A DNA stretch of 64,000 nucleotides, from positions 620,001 to 684,000 of the forward strand of contig NW_027139176.1 of NCBI RefSeq assembly GCF_035084215.1, in the 5' to 3' direction. The notes under the pieces are model-generated. The model saw nothing but the letters and a program-made list of their open reading frames with translations. It did not search any database and was not told where the DNA came from. Positions 10,351 through 22,700 of the stretch are shown piece after piece. Position numbers and translations under genes: made by a program. The stretch's first letter is position 1. Every line of letters begins with the position of its first letter. This DNA comes from Heptranchias perlo (lineage: Eukaryota).

Positions 10351-10389
10351 CACAGTGTAATAAGGAGCGGGAGAGTCCGTACAAGAACC
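10351..10389 (+). other. 23-spacer recombination signal sequence of V segment 2
   Basis: Consensus heptamer CACAGTG (10351-10357), 23-nt spacer, nonamer ACAAGAACC (10381-10389). Confidence 0.93.
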
Positions 10390-10425
10390 GCTGCTGCATT
10401 TCCGATCAGGTGTGGAGGAAGAAGA

Positions 10426-10615
10426 GTGGGCGAGGTTTTGACTTTATGCGATTATGTAAAGCGGGTGAGAGCGAATCGGAGACCTGTTTTACATCTCTCC
10501 TGATTTTTCTTTCCACGGACTTGGATTGAAATTACAGTCGGGGGAGATGTGAAACGGGCGGTCGATTCGCTCTCACCCGTTTAACGCAATCGCACAAAGT
10601 CAAAACCTAACCCAC
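10426..10615. mobile_element. MITE-like ~190-bp imperfect palindromic element
   Basis: Left arm gtgggcgaggttttgactttatgcgatt..gggtgagagcgaatcg..ttttacatctc is the reverse complement of right arm gagatgtgaaac..cgattcgctctcaccc..aatcgcacaaagtcaaaacctaacccac. A related half-copy lies at ~38690-38745. Confidence 0.7.
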
Positions 10616-10752
10616 GGTGTGTTTCTTCAGCGCCTTTTACATTCACAGCCCGCTCCAACGCTCTTTCAGCTTGGTGAATTGTATTTTGAAGAGTAGTTAC
10701 GGTTCTTATAACGGTAAATACGGTCGGCATTTCACGTCCAGCGGGATCCCAC

Positions 10753-13700
10753 AAAGGGGGAGGGTGAGCAGGCAGAGGTCGTGGTCCACATTGGGACCAA
10801 CGACATAGGTAGGAAGGGAGATGAGGTCCTGCATCAAGAATTTAGGGAGCTAGGTAGCAGATTAAAGAGCAGGACCTCAAAGGTTGTAATCTCTGGATTA
10901 CTCCCAGTGCCACGGGCTAGTGAGTATAGAAATAGGAGGATAGAACAGATGAATGCGTGGCTAAAGAGTTGGTGCAGGAGGGAGGGTTTCAGTTTCCTGG
11001 ATCACTGGGCCTGCTTCTGGGGAAGGTGGGACTTGTACAAGTCGGACGGGTTGCATCTGAACCAGAGCGGGACAAATATCCTTGCGGGGAGGTTTGCTAG
11101 CACTGTTGGGGGGGGTTTAAACTAACTTGGCAGGGGGATGGGACACAGAGTGGAGCTACAATAGGGGGTGATGTGCAGCCAAATATTGAGAAAAAAACAA
11201 GTCAGCTTGGAAGACAGGGCAAATATGTAAGGGCAAGGCTGGATGGCATCTATTTTAATGCAAGGAGTCTTGCAAATAAGGTGGATGAACTGAAGGTGTT
11301 GATAAACACATGGGAGGATGATATTGTTGCTGTCACAGAGACATGGTTGAGGGAGGGGCAAGACTGGCAGCTCAATATTCCGGGGTACAGAATCTTCAGG
11401 CGAGACAGAGGGGGAGGTATAAGAGGAGGGGGGGTCGCAATATTAATTAAAGAATCAATTACTGCCATAAGGAGGGATGATATATTAGCAGGTTCCTCTA
11501 ATGAGGCCACATGGGTGGAGCTTAAAAACAAAAAGGGGGCAAGCACTTTGATGGGAGTGCACTATAGGCCCCCAAACAGTCAGGGGGAGATAGAGGAACA
11601 GATATGTAGGCAAATCTCAGAAAATTGTGCAAATAATAGGGTAATAATAGTGGGGGATTTCAACTTCCCCAATATTAACTGGGATACTCAGAGTGTAAAA
11701 GGCTTAGAGGGTACAAAATTCTTAACGTGCATCCAGGAGAGCTTTTTGAGCCAGCATGTAGAAAGTCCGACAAGAGAGGGGGCGGTACTGGACCTAATTC
11801 TAGGGAATGTGGCCGGCCAAGTGGAAGAAGTGCTAGTCGGTGAGCACTTTGGTGACAGTGACCATAATTCAGTGAGATTTAAGGTGGTCATGGAAAAGGA
11901 CAGGGAGGGGCCGGAAATAAAGGTTCTAAATTGGGGGAAGGCCGATTTTAATAGGATAAGGCAGGATCTGGCCAAAATGGACTGGGATCAGCTGCTTGTA
12001 GGAAAATCTGCATCGGAGCAATGGGAGTCTTTCAGAAGGGAGATTGAGACCATACAATGGCAACATGTTCCCGTGAAGGTCAAGGGTGGTTCCAAGAACT
12101 CCAGGGAACCTTGGATGTCAGGGGATATACGAGAATGGATTAGGAAAAAAAGGAGGGCTTTTGGCAGATACAAAAGGCTAAGGACGGAGGAAGCCCTAGA
12201 GGAGTACAAAAAGTGCAGGGGGATACTTAAAAAAGAAATTAGGAGATCAAGGAGGGGCCATGAAAAAACACTGGCGAGCAAAATAAAGGAAAATCCTAAG
12301 ATGTTTTATAAGTATATTAAGGGTAAGAGGATAACACGGGAAAAAATAGGGCCCATTAGGGACAAAAATGGCAATCTGTGTGTGGAGCCGGAAGATGTAG
12401 GAGGGGTTCTAAATGAATTTTTGGCATCTGTTTTCACTATGGAGAAGGACGATGTAGACATAGAAATACGACAGGGGGACTGTGATATACTCGAACATAT
12501 TAACATCGAGCGGGAGGAGGTATTGGCGGTTTTAGCAGGCCTAAAAATGGATAAATCCCCAGGCCCGGACGAAATGTATCCCAGGCTACTGTGTGAGGCA
12601 AAGGAGGAGATTGCGGGGGCTCTAACACATATATTCAGAACCTCTCTGGCCACAGGGGATGTGCCAGAGGACTGGAGAACCGCTAATGTGGTACCATTAT
12701 TCAAGAAGGGGAGTAGGGAAAAACCGGAGAACTACAGGCCAGTGAGGAAAATTATTGGAAAAAATTCTGAAGGACAAAATTAGTCTCCACTTGGAGAAGC
12801 AAGGATTAATCAGGGATAGTCAACATGGCTTTGTCAAGGGAAGATCATGTCTGACTAATTTGATTGAATTTTTTGAGGGGGTGACTAGGCGTGTGGATGA
12901 GGGTAACGCAGTGGATGTGGTATACATGGATTTCAGTAAGGCCTTCGATAAAGTTCCGCACAGGAGACTGGTCACGAAGGTACGAGCCCATGGAGTCCAG
13001 GCTGCCTTGGCACTTTGGATACAAAACTGGCTTAGTGGCAGAAGGCAGAGGGTGATGGTCGAAGGTTGTTTTTGTGACTGGAAGCCTGTGGCCAGTGGGG
13101 TACCACAGGGATCTCTGCTGGGGCCCTTGCTGTTTGTGGTCTGCATTAACGACTTGGATATGAATGTAAAAGGTATGATCAGTAAGTTCGCTGATGATAC
13201 AAAAATTGGTAGGGTGGTAAATAGCGAGGAGGATAGCCTCAGTCTGCAGGACGATATAGATGGGTTGGTCAGATGGGCCGAACAGTGGCAAATGGAATTT
13301 AACCCGGAAAAGTGCGAGGTGATGCACTTTGGAGGGACTAACAAGGCAAGGGAATACACAATGAATGGGAAGACCCTAGGCAAGACAGAGGGTCAGAGGG
13401 ATCTTGGTGTGCAAGTTCACAGATCCCTGAAGGCGGCGGAACAGGTAGATAAGGTGGTAAAGAAGGCATATGGGATACTTGCCTTTATTAGCCGAGGCAT
13501 AGAATATCAGAGCAACGAGGTTATGATGGAGCTGTATAAAACACTGGTTAGGCCACAGCTGGAGTACTGTGTGCAGTTCTGGTCGCCACACTACAGGAAG
13601 GATGTGATCGCTTTGGAGAGGGTGCAGAGGAGATTCACCAGGATGTAACCAGGGCTGGAGCGCTTCAGCTATGAAGAGAGACTGGGAAGATTGGGTTTGT

Positions 13701-13770
13701 TTTCCTTGGAGCAGAGGAGGCTGAGGGGGGACATGATTGAGGTGTACAAAATTATGAGGGGCATAGATAA
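10753..13770 (+). mobile_element. CR1 LINE: ORF1 esterase C-terminus plus ORF2 (APE endonuclease-RT), inactivated and 3'-truncated
   Basis: ORF1 SGNH/esterase (VHIGTND..DGLHLN). ORF2 APE motifs (NARSL, VTETW, GDFN, SDH) and RT motifs (GVPQGS, KFADD). Frameshifting deletion near 12745, premature TAA at 13646, and an abrupt end into the satellite at ~13770. Confidence 0.95.
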
Positions 13771-16700
13771 ATATATCAATACAACTCCGGCAGGATTCTA
13801 CTGTCCTAAATATATCAACACAACTCCGGCAGGATTCTACTGTCCTAAGTATATCAATACAACTCCGGCAGGATTCTAATGTCCCAAATATATCAATACA
13901 ACTCTGGCAGGATTCTACTGTCCGAAATATATCAACACAACTCCGGCAGGATTCTACTGTCCTCAATATATCAATACAACTCCGGCAGGATTCTAATGTC
14001 CCAAATATATCAATACAACTCTGGCAGGATTCTACTGTCCCAAATATATCAATACAACTCCGGCAGGATTCTACTGTCCACAATATATCAATACAACTCG
14101 GGCAGGATTCTACTGTCCTCAATAGATCATTAAAACTCCGGCAGGATTCTACTGTCCTAAATATATCAATACAACTCCGGCGGGATTCAACAGTCCGAAA
14201 TATATCAACACAACTCCGGCAGGATTCTACTGTCCAAATATATCAATACAACTCCGGCAGGAATCTAATGTCCCAAATATATCAATACAACTCCGGCAGG
14301 ATTCTACTGTCCTAAATATATCAATACAACTCTGGCAGGATTCTACTGTCCGAAATATATCAATACAACTCTGGCAGGATTCTACTGTCCGCAATATAAA
14401 TCAATACAACTTCGGCAGGATTCTCCTGTCCCAAATATATCAATACAACTCTGGCAGGATTCTACTGTCCGAAATATATCAATACAACTCCGGCAGGATT
14501 CGACTGTCCAAATATATCAACACAACTCCGGCAGGATTCGACTGTCCTAAATATATCAATACAACTCCGGCAGGATTCTACTGTCCTAAATATATCAATA
14601 CAACTCCGGCAGGATTCTACTGTCCGAAATATATCAATACAACTCCGGCAGGATTCTACTGTCCCAAATATATCAATACAACTCCGGCAGGATTCTACTG
14701 TCCTAAATCTATCAACACAACTCCGGCAGGATTCTACTGTCCTAAATATATCAATACAACTCCGGCAGGATTCTACTGTCCTAAATATATCAACCAACTC
14801 CGGCAGGATTCTACTGTCCCAAATATATCAATACAACTCCGGCAGGATTCTACTGTCCCAAATATATCAACACAACTCCGGCAGGAATCTATTGTCCAAA
14901 TATATCAATACAACTCCGGCAGGATTCTACTGTCCCAAATATATCAACACAACTCCGGCAGGATTCTACTGTGTAAAATATATCAATACAACTCCGGCAG
15001 GATTCTACTGTCCAAATATATCAATACAACTCCGGCAGGATTCTACTGTCCAAATATATCAATACAACTCCGGCAGGATTCTACTGTCCCAAATATATCA
15101 ATACAACTCTGGCAGGATTCTACTGTCCGAAATATATCAATACAACTTCGGCAGGATTCGACTGTCCCAAATATATCAATACAACTCTGGCAGGATTCCA
15201 CTGTCCGAAATATATCAATACAACTCCGGCAGGATTCTACTGTCCAAATATATCAACACAACTCCGGCAGGATTCGACTGTCCTAAATATATCAATACAA
15301 CTCCGGCAGGAATCTACTGTCCTAAATATATCAATAAAACTCAGGCAGGATTCTACTGTCCGAAATATATCAATACAACTCCGGCAGGATTCGACTGTCC
15401 TAAATATATCAACACAACTCCGGCAGGATTCTACTGTCCTAAATATATCAATACAACTCCGGCAGGATTCTACTGTCCGAAATATATCAACACAACTCCG
15501 GCAGGATTCTACTGTCCCAAATATATCAATACAACTCCGGCAGGATTCTACTGTCCTAAATATATCAACACAACTCCGGCAGGATTCTACTGTCCCAAAT
15601 ATATCAAAACAACTCCGGCATGATTCTACTGTCCCAAATATATCAACACAACTCCGGCAGGAATCTATTGTCCAAATATATCAATACAACTCCGGCAGGA
15701 TTCTACTGTCCCAAATATATCAACACAACTCCGGCAGGATTCTACTGTCCCAAATATATCAATACAACTCCGGCAGGATTCTACTGTCCCAAATATATCA
15801 ACACAACTCCGGCAGGAATCTATTGTCCAAATATATCAATACAACTCCGGCAGGAATCTATTGTCCAAATATATCAATACAACTCCGGCAGGATTCTACT
15901 GTCCTAAATATATCAATACAACTCCGGCAGGATTCTACTGTCCCAAATTTATCAATACAACTCCGGCAGGAATCTATTGTCCAAATATATCAATACAACT
16001 CCGGCAGGATTCCACTGTCCAAATATATCAATTCAACTCCGGCAGGAATCTATTGTCCAAATATATCAATACAACTCCGGCAGGATTCTACTGTCCCAAA
16101 TATATCAATACAACTCCGGCAGGAATCTATTGTCCAAATATATCAATACAACTCCGGCAGGAATCTATTGTCCAAATATATCAATGCAACTCCGGCAGGA
16201 TTCTACTGTCCTAAATATATCAATACAACTCCGGCAGGATTCTACTGTCCCAAATATGTCAATACAACTCCGGCAGGAATCTATTGTCCAAATATATCAA
16301 TACAACTCCGCCAGGATTCTACTGTCCGAAATATATCAACACAACTCCGGCAGGATTCTACTGTCCCAAATATATCAATACAACTCCGGCAGGATTCGAC
16401 TGTCCTCAATATATCAACACAACTCTGGCAGGATTCTACTGTCCAAATATATCAACACAACTCCGGCAGGATTCTACTGTCCCAAATATATCAATAAAAA
16501 TCCGGCAGGATTCTACTGTCCTCAATATATCAACACAACTCGGGCAGGATTCTACTGTCCTCAATATATCAACACAACTCTGGCAGAATTCTACTGTCCA
16601 AATATATCAATACAACTCGTGCAGGATTCTACTGTCCTAAATACATCAATACAACTCCGGCAGGATTCTACTGTCCCAAATATATCAATACAATTTCGGC

Positions 16701-19700
16701 AGGATTCTACTGTCCAAATATATCAACACAACTCCGGCAGGATTCTACTGTCCCAAACATATCAACACAACTCCGGCAGGTTTCTACTGTCCTAAATATA
16801 TCAATACAACTCGGGCAGGATTCTACTGTCCTCAATATATCAATACAACTCCGGCAGGATTCTACTGTCCTAAATATATCAATACAACTCGGGCAGGATT
16901 CTACTGTCCTAAATATATCAATACAACTCGGGCAGGATTCTGCTGTCCTAAATATATCAATACAACTCCGGCAGGATTCTACTGTCCCAAATATATCAAT
17001 ACAACTCCGGCAGGATTCTACTGTCCTAAATATATCAACACAACTCCGGCAGGATTCTACTGTCCAAATATATCAACACAACTCCGGCAGGATTCTACTG
17101 TCCCAAATATATCAATACAACTCCGGCAGGATTCTACTTTCCAAAATATATCAACACAACTCCGGCAGGATTCTACTGTCCTCAATATATCAATACAACT
17201 CCGGCAGGATTCTACTTTCCAAAATATATCAACACAACTCCGGCAGGATTCTACTGTCCAAATATATCAATACAACTCCGGCAGGATTCTACTGTCCAAA
17301 TATATCAATACAACTCCGGCAGGATTCTACTGTCCTAAATATATCAATACAACCCCGGCAGGATTCTACTGTCCAAATATATCAATACAACTCCGGCAGG
17401 ATTCTACTTTCCAAATATATCAATACAACTCCGGCAGGATTCTACTGTCCAAATATATCATCACAACTCCGGCAGGATTCTACTGTCCCAAATATATCAA
17501 TACAACTCCGGCAGGATTCTACTGTCCTAAATATATCAATACAAATCCGGCAGGATTCTACTGTCCTAAATATATCAATACAACCCCGGCAGGATTCTAC
17601 TGTCCAAATATATCAATACAACTCCGGCAGGATTCTACTGTCCAAATATATCAATACAACTCCGGCAGGATTCTACTGTCCTCAATATATCAATACAACT
17701 CCGGCAGGATTCTACTGTCCAAATATATCAATACAACTCCGGCAGGATTCTACTGTCCCAAATATATCAACACAACTCCGGCAGGATTCTCCTGTCCAAA
17801 TATATCAATACAACTCCGGCAGGATTCTACTTTCCAAATATATCAATACAACTCCGGCAGGATTCTACTTTCTAAAATATATCAACACAACTCCGGCAGG
17901 ATTCTCCTGTCCCAAATATATCAATACAACTCCGGCAGGATTCTACTGTCCCAAATATATCAATACAACTCCGGCAGGATTCTACTTTCCAAATATATCA
18001 ATACAACTCCGGCAGGATTCTACTTTCCAAAATATATCAACACAACTCCGGCAGGATTCTGCTGTCCAAATATATCAATACAACTCCGGCAGGATTCTAC
18101 TTTCCAAAATATATCAACACAACTCCGGCAGGATTCTACTGTCCTCAATATATCAATACAACTCCGGCAGGATTCTACTTTCCAAAATATATCAACACAA
18201 CTCCGGCAGGATTCTACTGTCCTCAATATATCAATACAATTCCGGCAGGATTCTACGTTCCAAAATATATCAACACAACTCCGGCAGGATTCTACTGTCC
18301 CAAATATATCAATACAACTCCGGCAGGATTCTACTGTCCCAAATATATCAATACAACCCCGGCAGGATTCTACTGTCCAAATATATCAATCCAACTCCGG
18401 CAGGATTCTACTGTCCTAAATATATCAATACAACTCCGGCAGGATTCTACTGTCCGAAATATATCAATACAACTCCGGCAGGATTCTACTGTCCCAAATA
18501 TATCAATACAACTCCGGCAGGATTCTACTGTCCGAAATATATCAATACAACTCCGGCAGGATTCTACTGTCCCAAATATATCAATACAACTCTGGCAGGA
18601 TTCTACTGTCCAAATATATCAATACAACCCCGGCAGGATTCTACTGTCCAAATATATCAATACAACTCCGGCAGGATTCTCCTGTCCCAAATATATCAAT
18701 ACAACTCCGGCAGGATTCTACTGTCCTAAATATATCAACACAACTCCGGCAGGATTCTACTGTCCTAAGTATATCAATACAACTCCGGCAGGATTCTACA
18801 ACCCAAATATATCAATACAACTCCGGCAGGATTCTACTGTCCCAAATATATCAACACAACTGCGGCAGGATTCTACTGTCCCAAACATATCAATACAACT
18901 CCGGCAGGATTCTACTGTCCTCAATATATCAACACAACTCCGGCAGGATTCTACTGTCCCAAATATATCAATACAACTCCGGCAGGATTCTACTGTCCAA
19001 ATATATCAATACAACTCCGGCAGGATTCTACTGTCCAAATATATCAATACAACTCCGGCAGGATTCTACTGTCCAAATATATCAATACAACTCCTGCAGG
19101 ATTCTACTGTCCCAAATATATCAATACAACTCCGGCAGGATTCTACTGTCCAAATATATCAATACAACTCCGGCAGGATTCTACTGTCCTAAATATATCA
19201 ATACAACTCCGGCAGGATTCTACTGTCCAAATATATCAATACAACTCCGGCAGGATTCTACTGTCCCAAATATATCAATACAACTCTGGCAGGATTCTAC
19301 TGTCCAAATATATCAACACAACTCCGGCAGGATTCTACTGTCCAAATATATCAATACAACTCCGGCAGGATTCTACTGTTCAAATATATCAATACAACTC
19401 CGGCAGGATTCTACTGTCCAAATATATCAATACAACTCCGGCAGGATTCTATTGTCCAAATATATCAATACAATTCCGGCAGGATTCTACTGTCCAAATA
19501 TATCAACACAACTCCGGCAGGATTCTACTGTCCAAATATATCAATACAATTCCGGCAGGATTCTACTGTCCAAATATATCAATACAACTCCGGCAGGATT
19601 CTACTGTCCAAATATATCAATACAATTCCGGCAGGATTCTACTGTCCAAATATATCAATACAACTCCGGCAGGATTCTACTGTCCAAATATATCAATACA

Positions 19701-22700
19701 AATCGGGCAGGATTCTACTGTCCTCAATATATCAATACAACTCCGGCAGGATTCTACTGTCCAAATATATCAATACAACTCCGGCAGGATTCTACTTTCC
19801 AAATATATCAATACAATTCCGGCAGGATTCTACTGTCCAAATATATCAACACAACTCCGGCAGGATTCTACTGTCCAAATATATCAATACAATTCCGGCA
19901 GGATTCTACTGTCCAAATATATCAATACAACTCCGGCAGGATTCTACTGTCCAAATATATCAATACAATGCCGGCAGGATTCTACTGTCCAAATATATCA
20001 ATACAACTCCGGCAGGATTCTACTGTCCAAATATATCAATACAACTCCGGCAGGATTCTACTGTCCAAATATATCAACACAACTCCGGCAGGATTCTACT
20101 GTCCCAAATATATCAATACAACTCCGGCAGGATTCTACTGTCCAAATATATCAATACAACTTGGGCAGGATTCTACTGTCCAAATATATCAATACAATTC
20201 CGGCAGGATTCTACTGTCCAAATATATCAATACAACTCCGGCAGGATTCTAATGTCCCAAATATATCAATACAACTCCGGCAGGATTCGACTGTCCAAAT
20301 ATATCAATACAACTCCGGCAGGATTCTACTGTCCAAATATATCAACACAACTCCGGCAGGATTCTACTGTCCAAATATATCAATACAACTCCGGCAGGAT
20401 TCTACTGTCCAAATATATCAATACAAGTCCGGCAGGATTCTACTGTCCCAAATATATCAATACAACTCGGGCAGGATTCTACTGTCCCAAATATATCAAT
20501 ACAACTCCGGCAGGATTCGACTGTCCAAATATATCAATACAACTCCGGCAGGATTCTAATGTCCCAAATATATCAATACAACTCCGGCAGGATTCGACTG
20601 TCCAAATATATCAATACAACTCCGGCAGGATTCTACTGTCCAAATATATCAACACAACTCCGGCAGGATTCTACTGTCCAAATATATCAATACAACTCCG
20701 GCAGGATTCTACTGTCCAAATATATCAATACAAGTCCGGCAGGATTCTACTGTCCGAAATATATCAATACAACTCCGGCAGGATTCTACTGTCCCAAATA
20801 TATCAACACATGTCCGGCAGGTTTCTACTGTCCCAAATATATCAATACAACTCCGGCAGGATTCTACTGTCCAAATATATCAATACAAGTCCGGCAGGAT
20901 TCTACTGTCCCTAATATATCAATGCAACTCCCGCAGGATTCTACTGTCCAAATATATCAATACAAGTCCGGCAGGATTCTACTGTCGCAAATATATCAAT
21001 ACAACTCCGGCAGGATTCTACTGTCCAAATATATCAATACAAGTCCGGCAGGATACTACTGTCCAAATATATCAACACAACTCCGGCAGGATTCTACTGT
21101 CCAAATATACCAATACAACTCCGGCAGGATTCGACTGTCCAAATATATCAATACAACTCCGGCAGGATTCTACTGTCCAAATATACCAATACAACTCCGG
21201 CAGGATTCTACTGTCCAAATATATCAACACAACTCCGGCAGGATTCTACTATCGCAAATATATCAATGCAACTCCCGCAGGATTCTACTGTCCCAAATAT
21301 ATCAATACAACTCCTGCAGGATTCTACTGTCCAAATATACCAATCCAACTCCGACAGGATTCTCCTGTCCAAATATATCAACACAACTCCGGCAGGATTC
21401 TACTGTCCAAATATATCAATACAACTCCGGCAGGATTCTACTGTCCCAAATATATCAACACAACTCCGGCAGGATTCTACTGTCCAAATATATCAACACA
21501 ACTCCGGCAGGATTCTACTGACCAAATATATCAATACAACTCCGGCAGGATTCTACTGTCCAAATATATCAATGCAACTCCGGCAGGATTCTACTGTCCC
21601 AAATATATCAATACAACTCCGGCAGGATTCTACTGTCCTAAATATATCAATACAACTCCGGCAGGATTCTACTGTCCAAATATATCAATACAACTCCGGC
21701 AGGATTCTACTGTCCAAATATATCAATACAATTCCGGCAGGATTCTACTGTCCAAATATATCAACACAAATCCGGCAGGATTCTACTGTCCCCAATATAT
21801 CAATACAACTCTGGCAGGATTCTACTGTCCAAATATATCAATACAACTCCGGCAGGATTCTACTGTCCAAATATATCAATACAATGCCGGCAGGATTCTA
21901 CTGTCCAAATATATCAATACAACTCCGGCAGGATTCTACTGTCCAAATATATCAATACAACTCCGGCAGGATTCTACTGTCCAAATATATCAACACAACT
22001 CCGGCAGGATTCTACTGTCCCAAATATATCAATACAACTCCGGCAGGATTCTACTGTCCAAATATATCAATACAACTTGGGCAGGATTCTACTGTCCAAA
22101 TATATCAATACAATTCCGGCAGGATTCTGCTGTCCAAATATATCAATACAACTCCGGCAGGATTCTAATGTACCAAATATATCAATACAACTCTGGCAGG
22201 ATTCGACTGTCCAAATATATCAATACAACTCCGGCAGGATTCTACTGTCCAAATATATCAACACAACTCCGGCAGGATTCTACTGTCCAAATATATCAAT
22301 ACAACTCCGGCAGGATTCTACTGTCCAAATATATCAATACAAGTCCGGCAGGATTCTACTGTCCCAAATATATCAATACAACTCAGGCAGGATTGTACTG
22401 TCCGAAATATATCAATACAACTCCGGCAGGATTCTACTGTCCCAAATATATCAACACATGTCCGGCAGGTTTCTACTGTCCCAAATATATCAATACAACT
22501 CCAGCAGGATTCTACTGTCCAAATATATCAATACAAGTCCGGCAGGATTCTACTGTCCCTAATATATCAATGCAACTCCCGCAGGATTCTACTGTCCAAA
22601 TATATCAATACAAGTCCGGCAGGATTCTACTATCGCAAATATATCAATACAACTCCGGCAGGATTCTACTGTCCAAATATATCAATACAAGTCCGGCAGG

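Noticed and set aside
5546-10389. Immunoglobulin (IgH/IgL/IgNAR) assignment of the V segments
   Set aside because: No perfect octamer promoter and no nearby D/J as in shark Ig clusters. The framework ends (YYCAL, YFCVV) and the CRE fit TCR alpha/delta better. A phylogeny is needed to be definitive.
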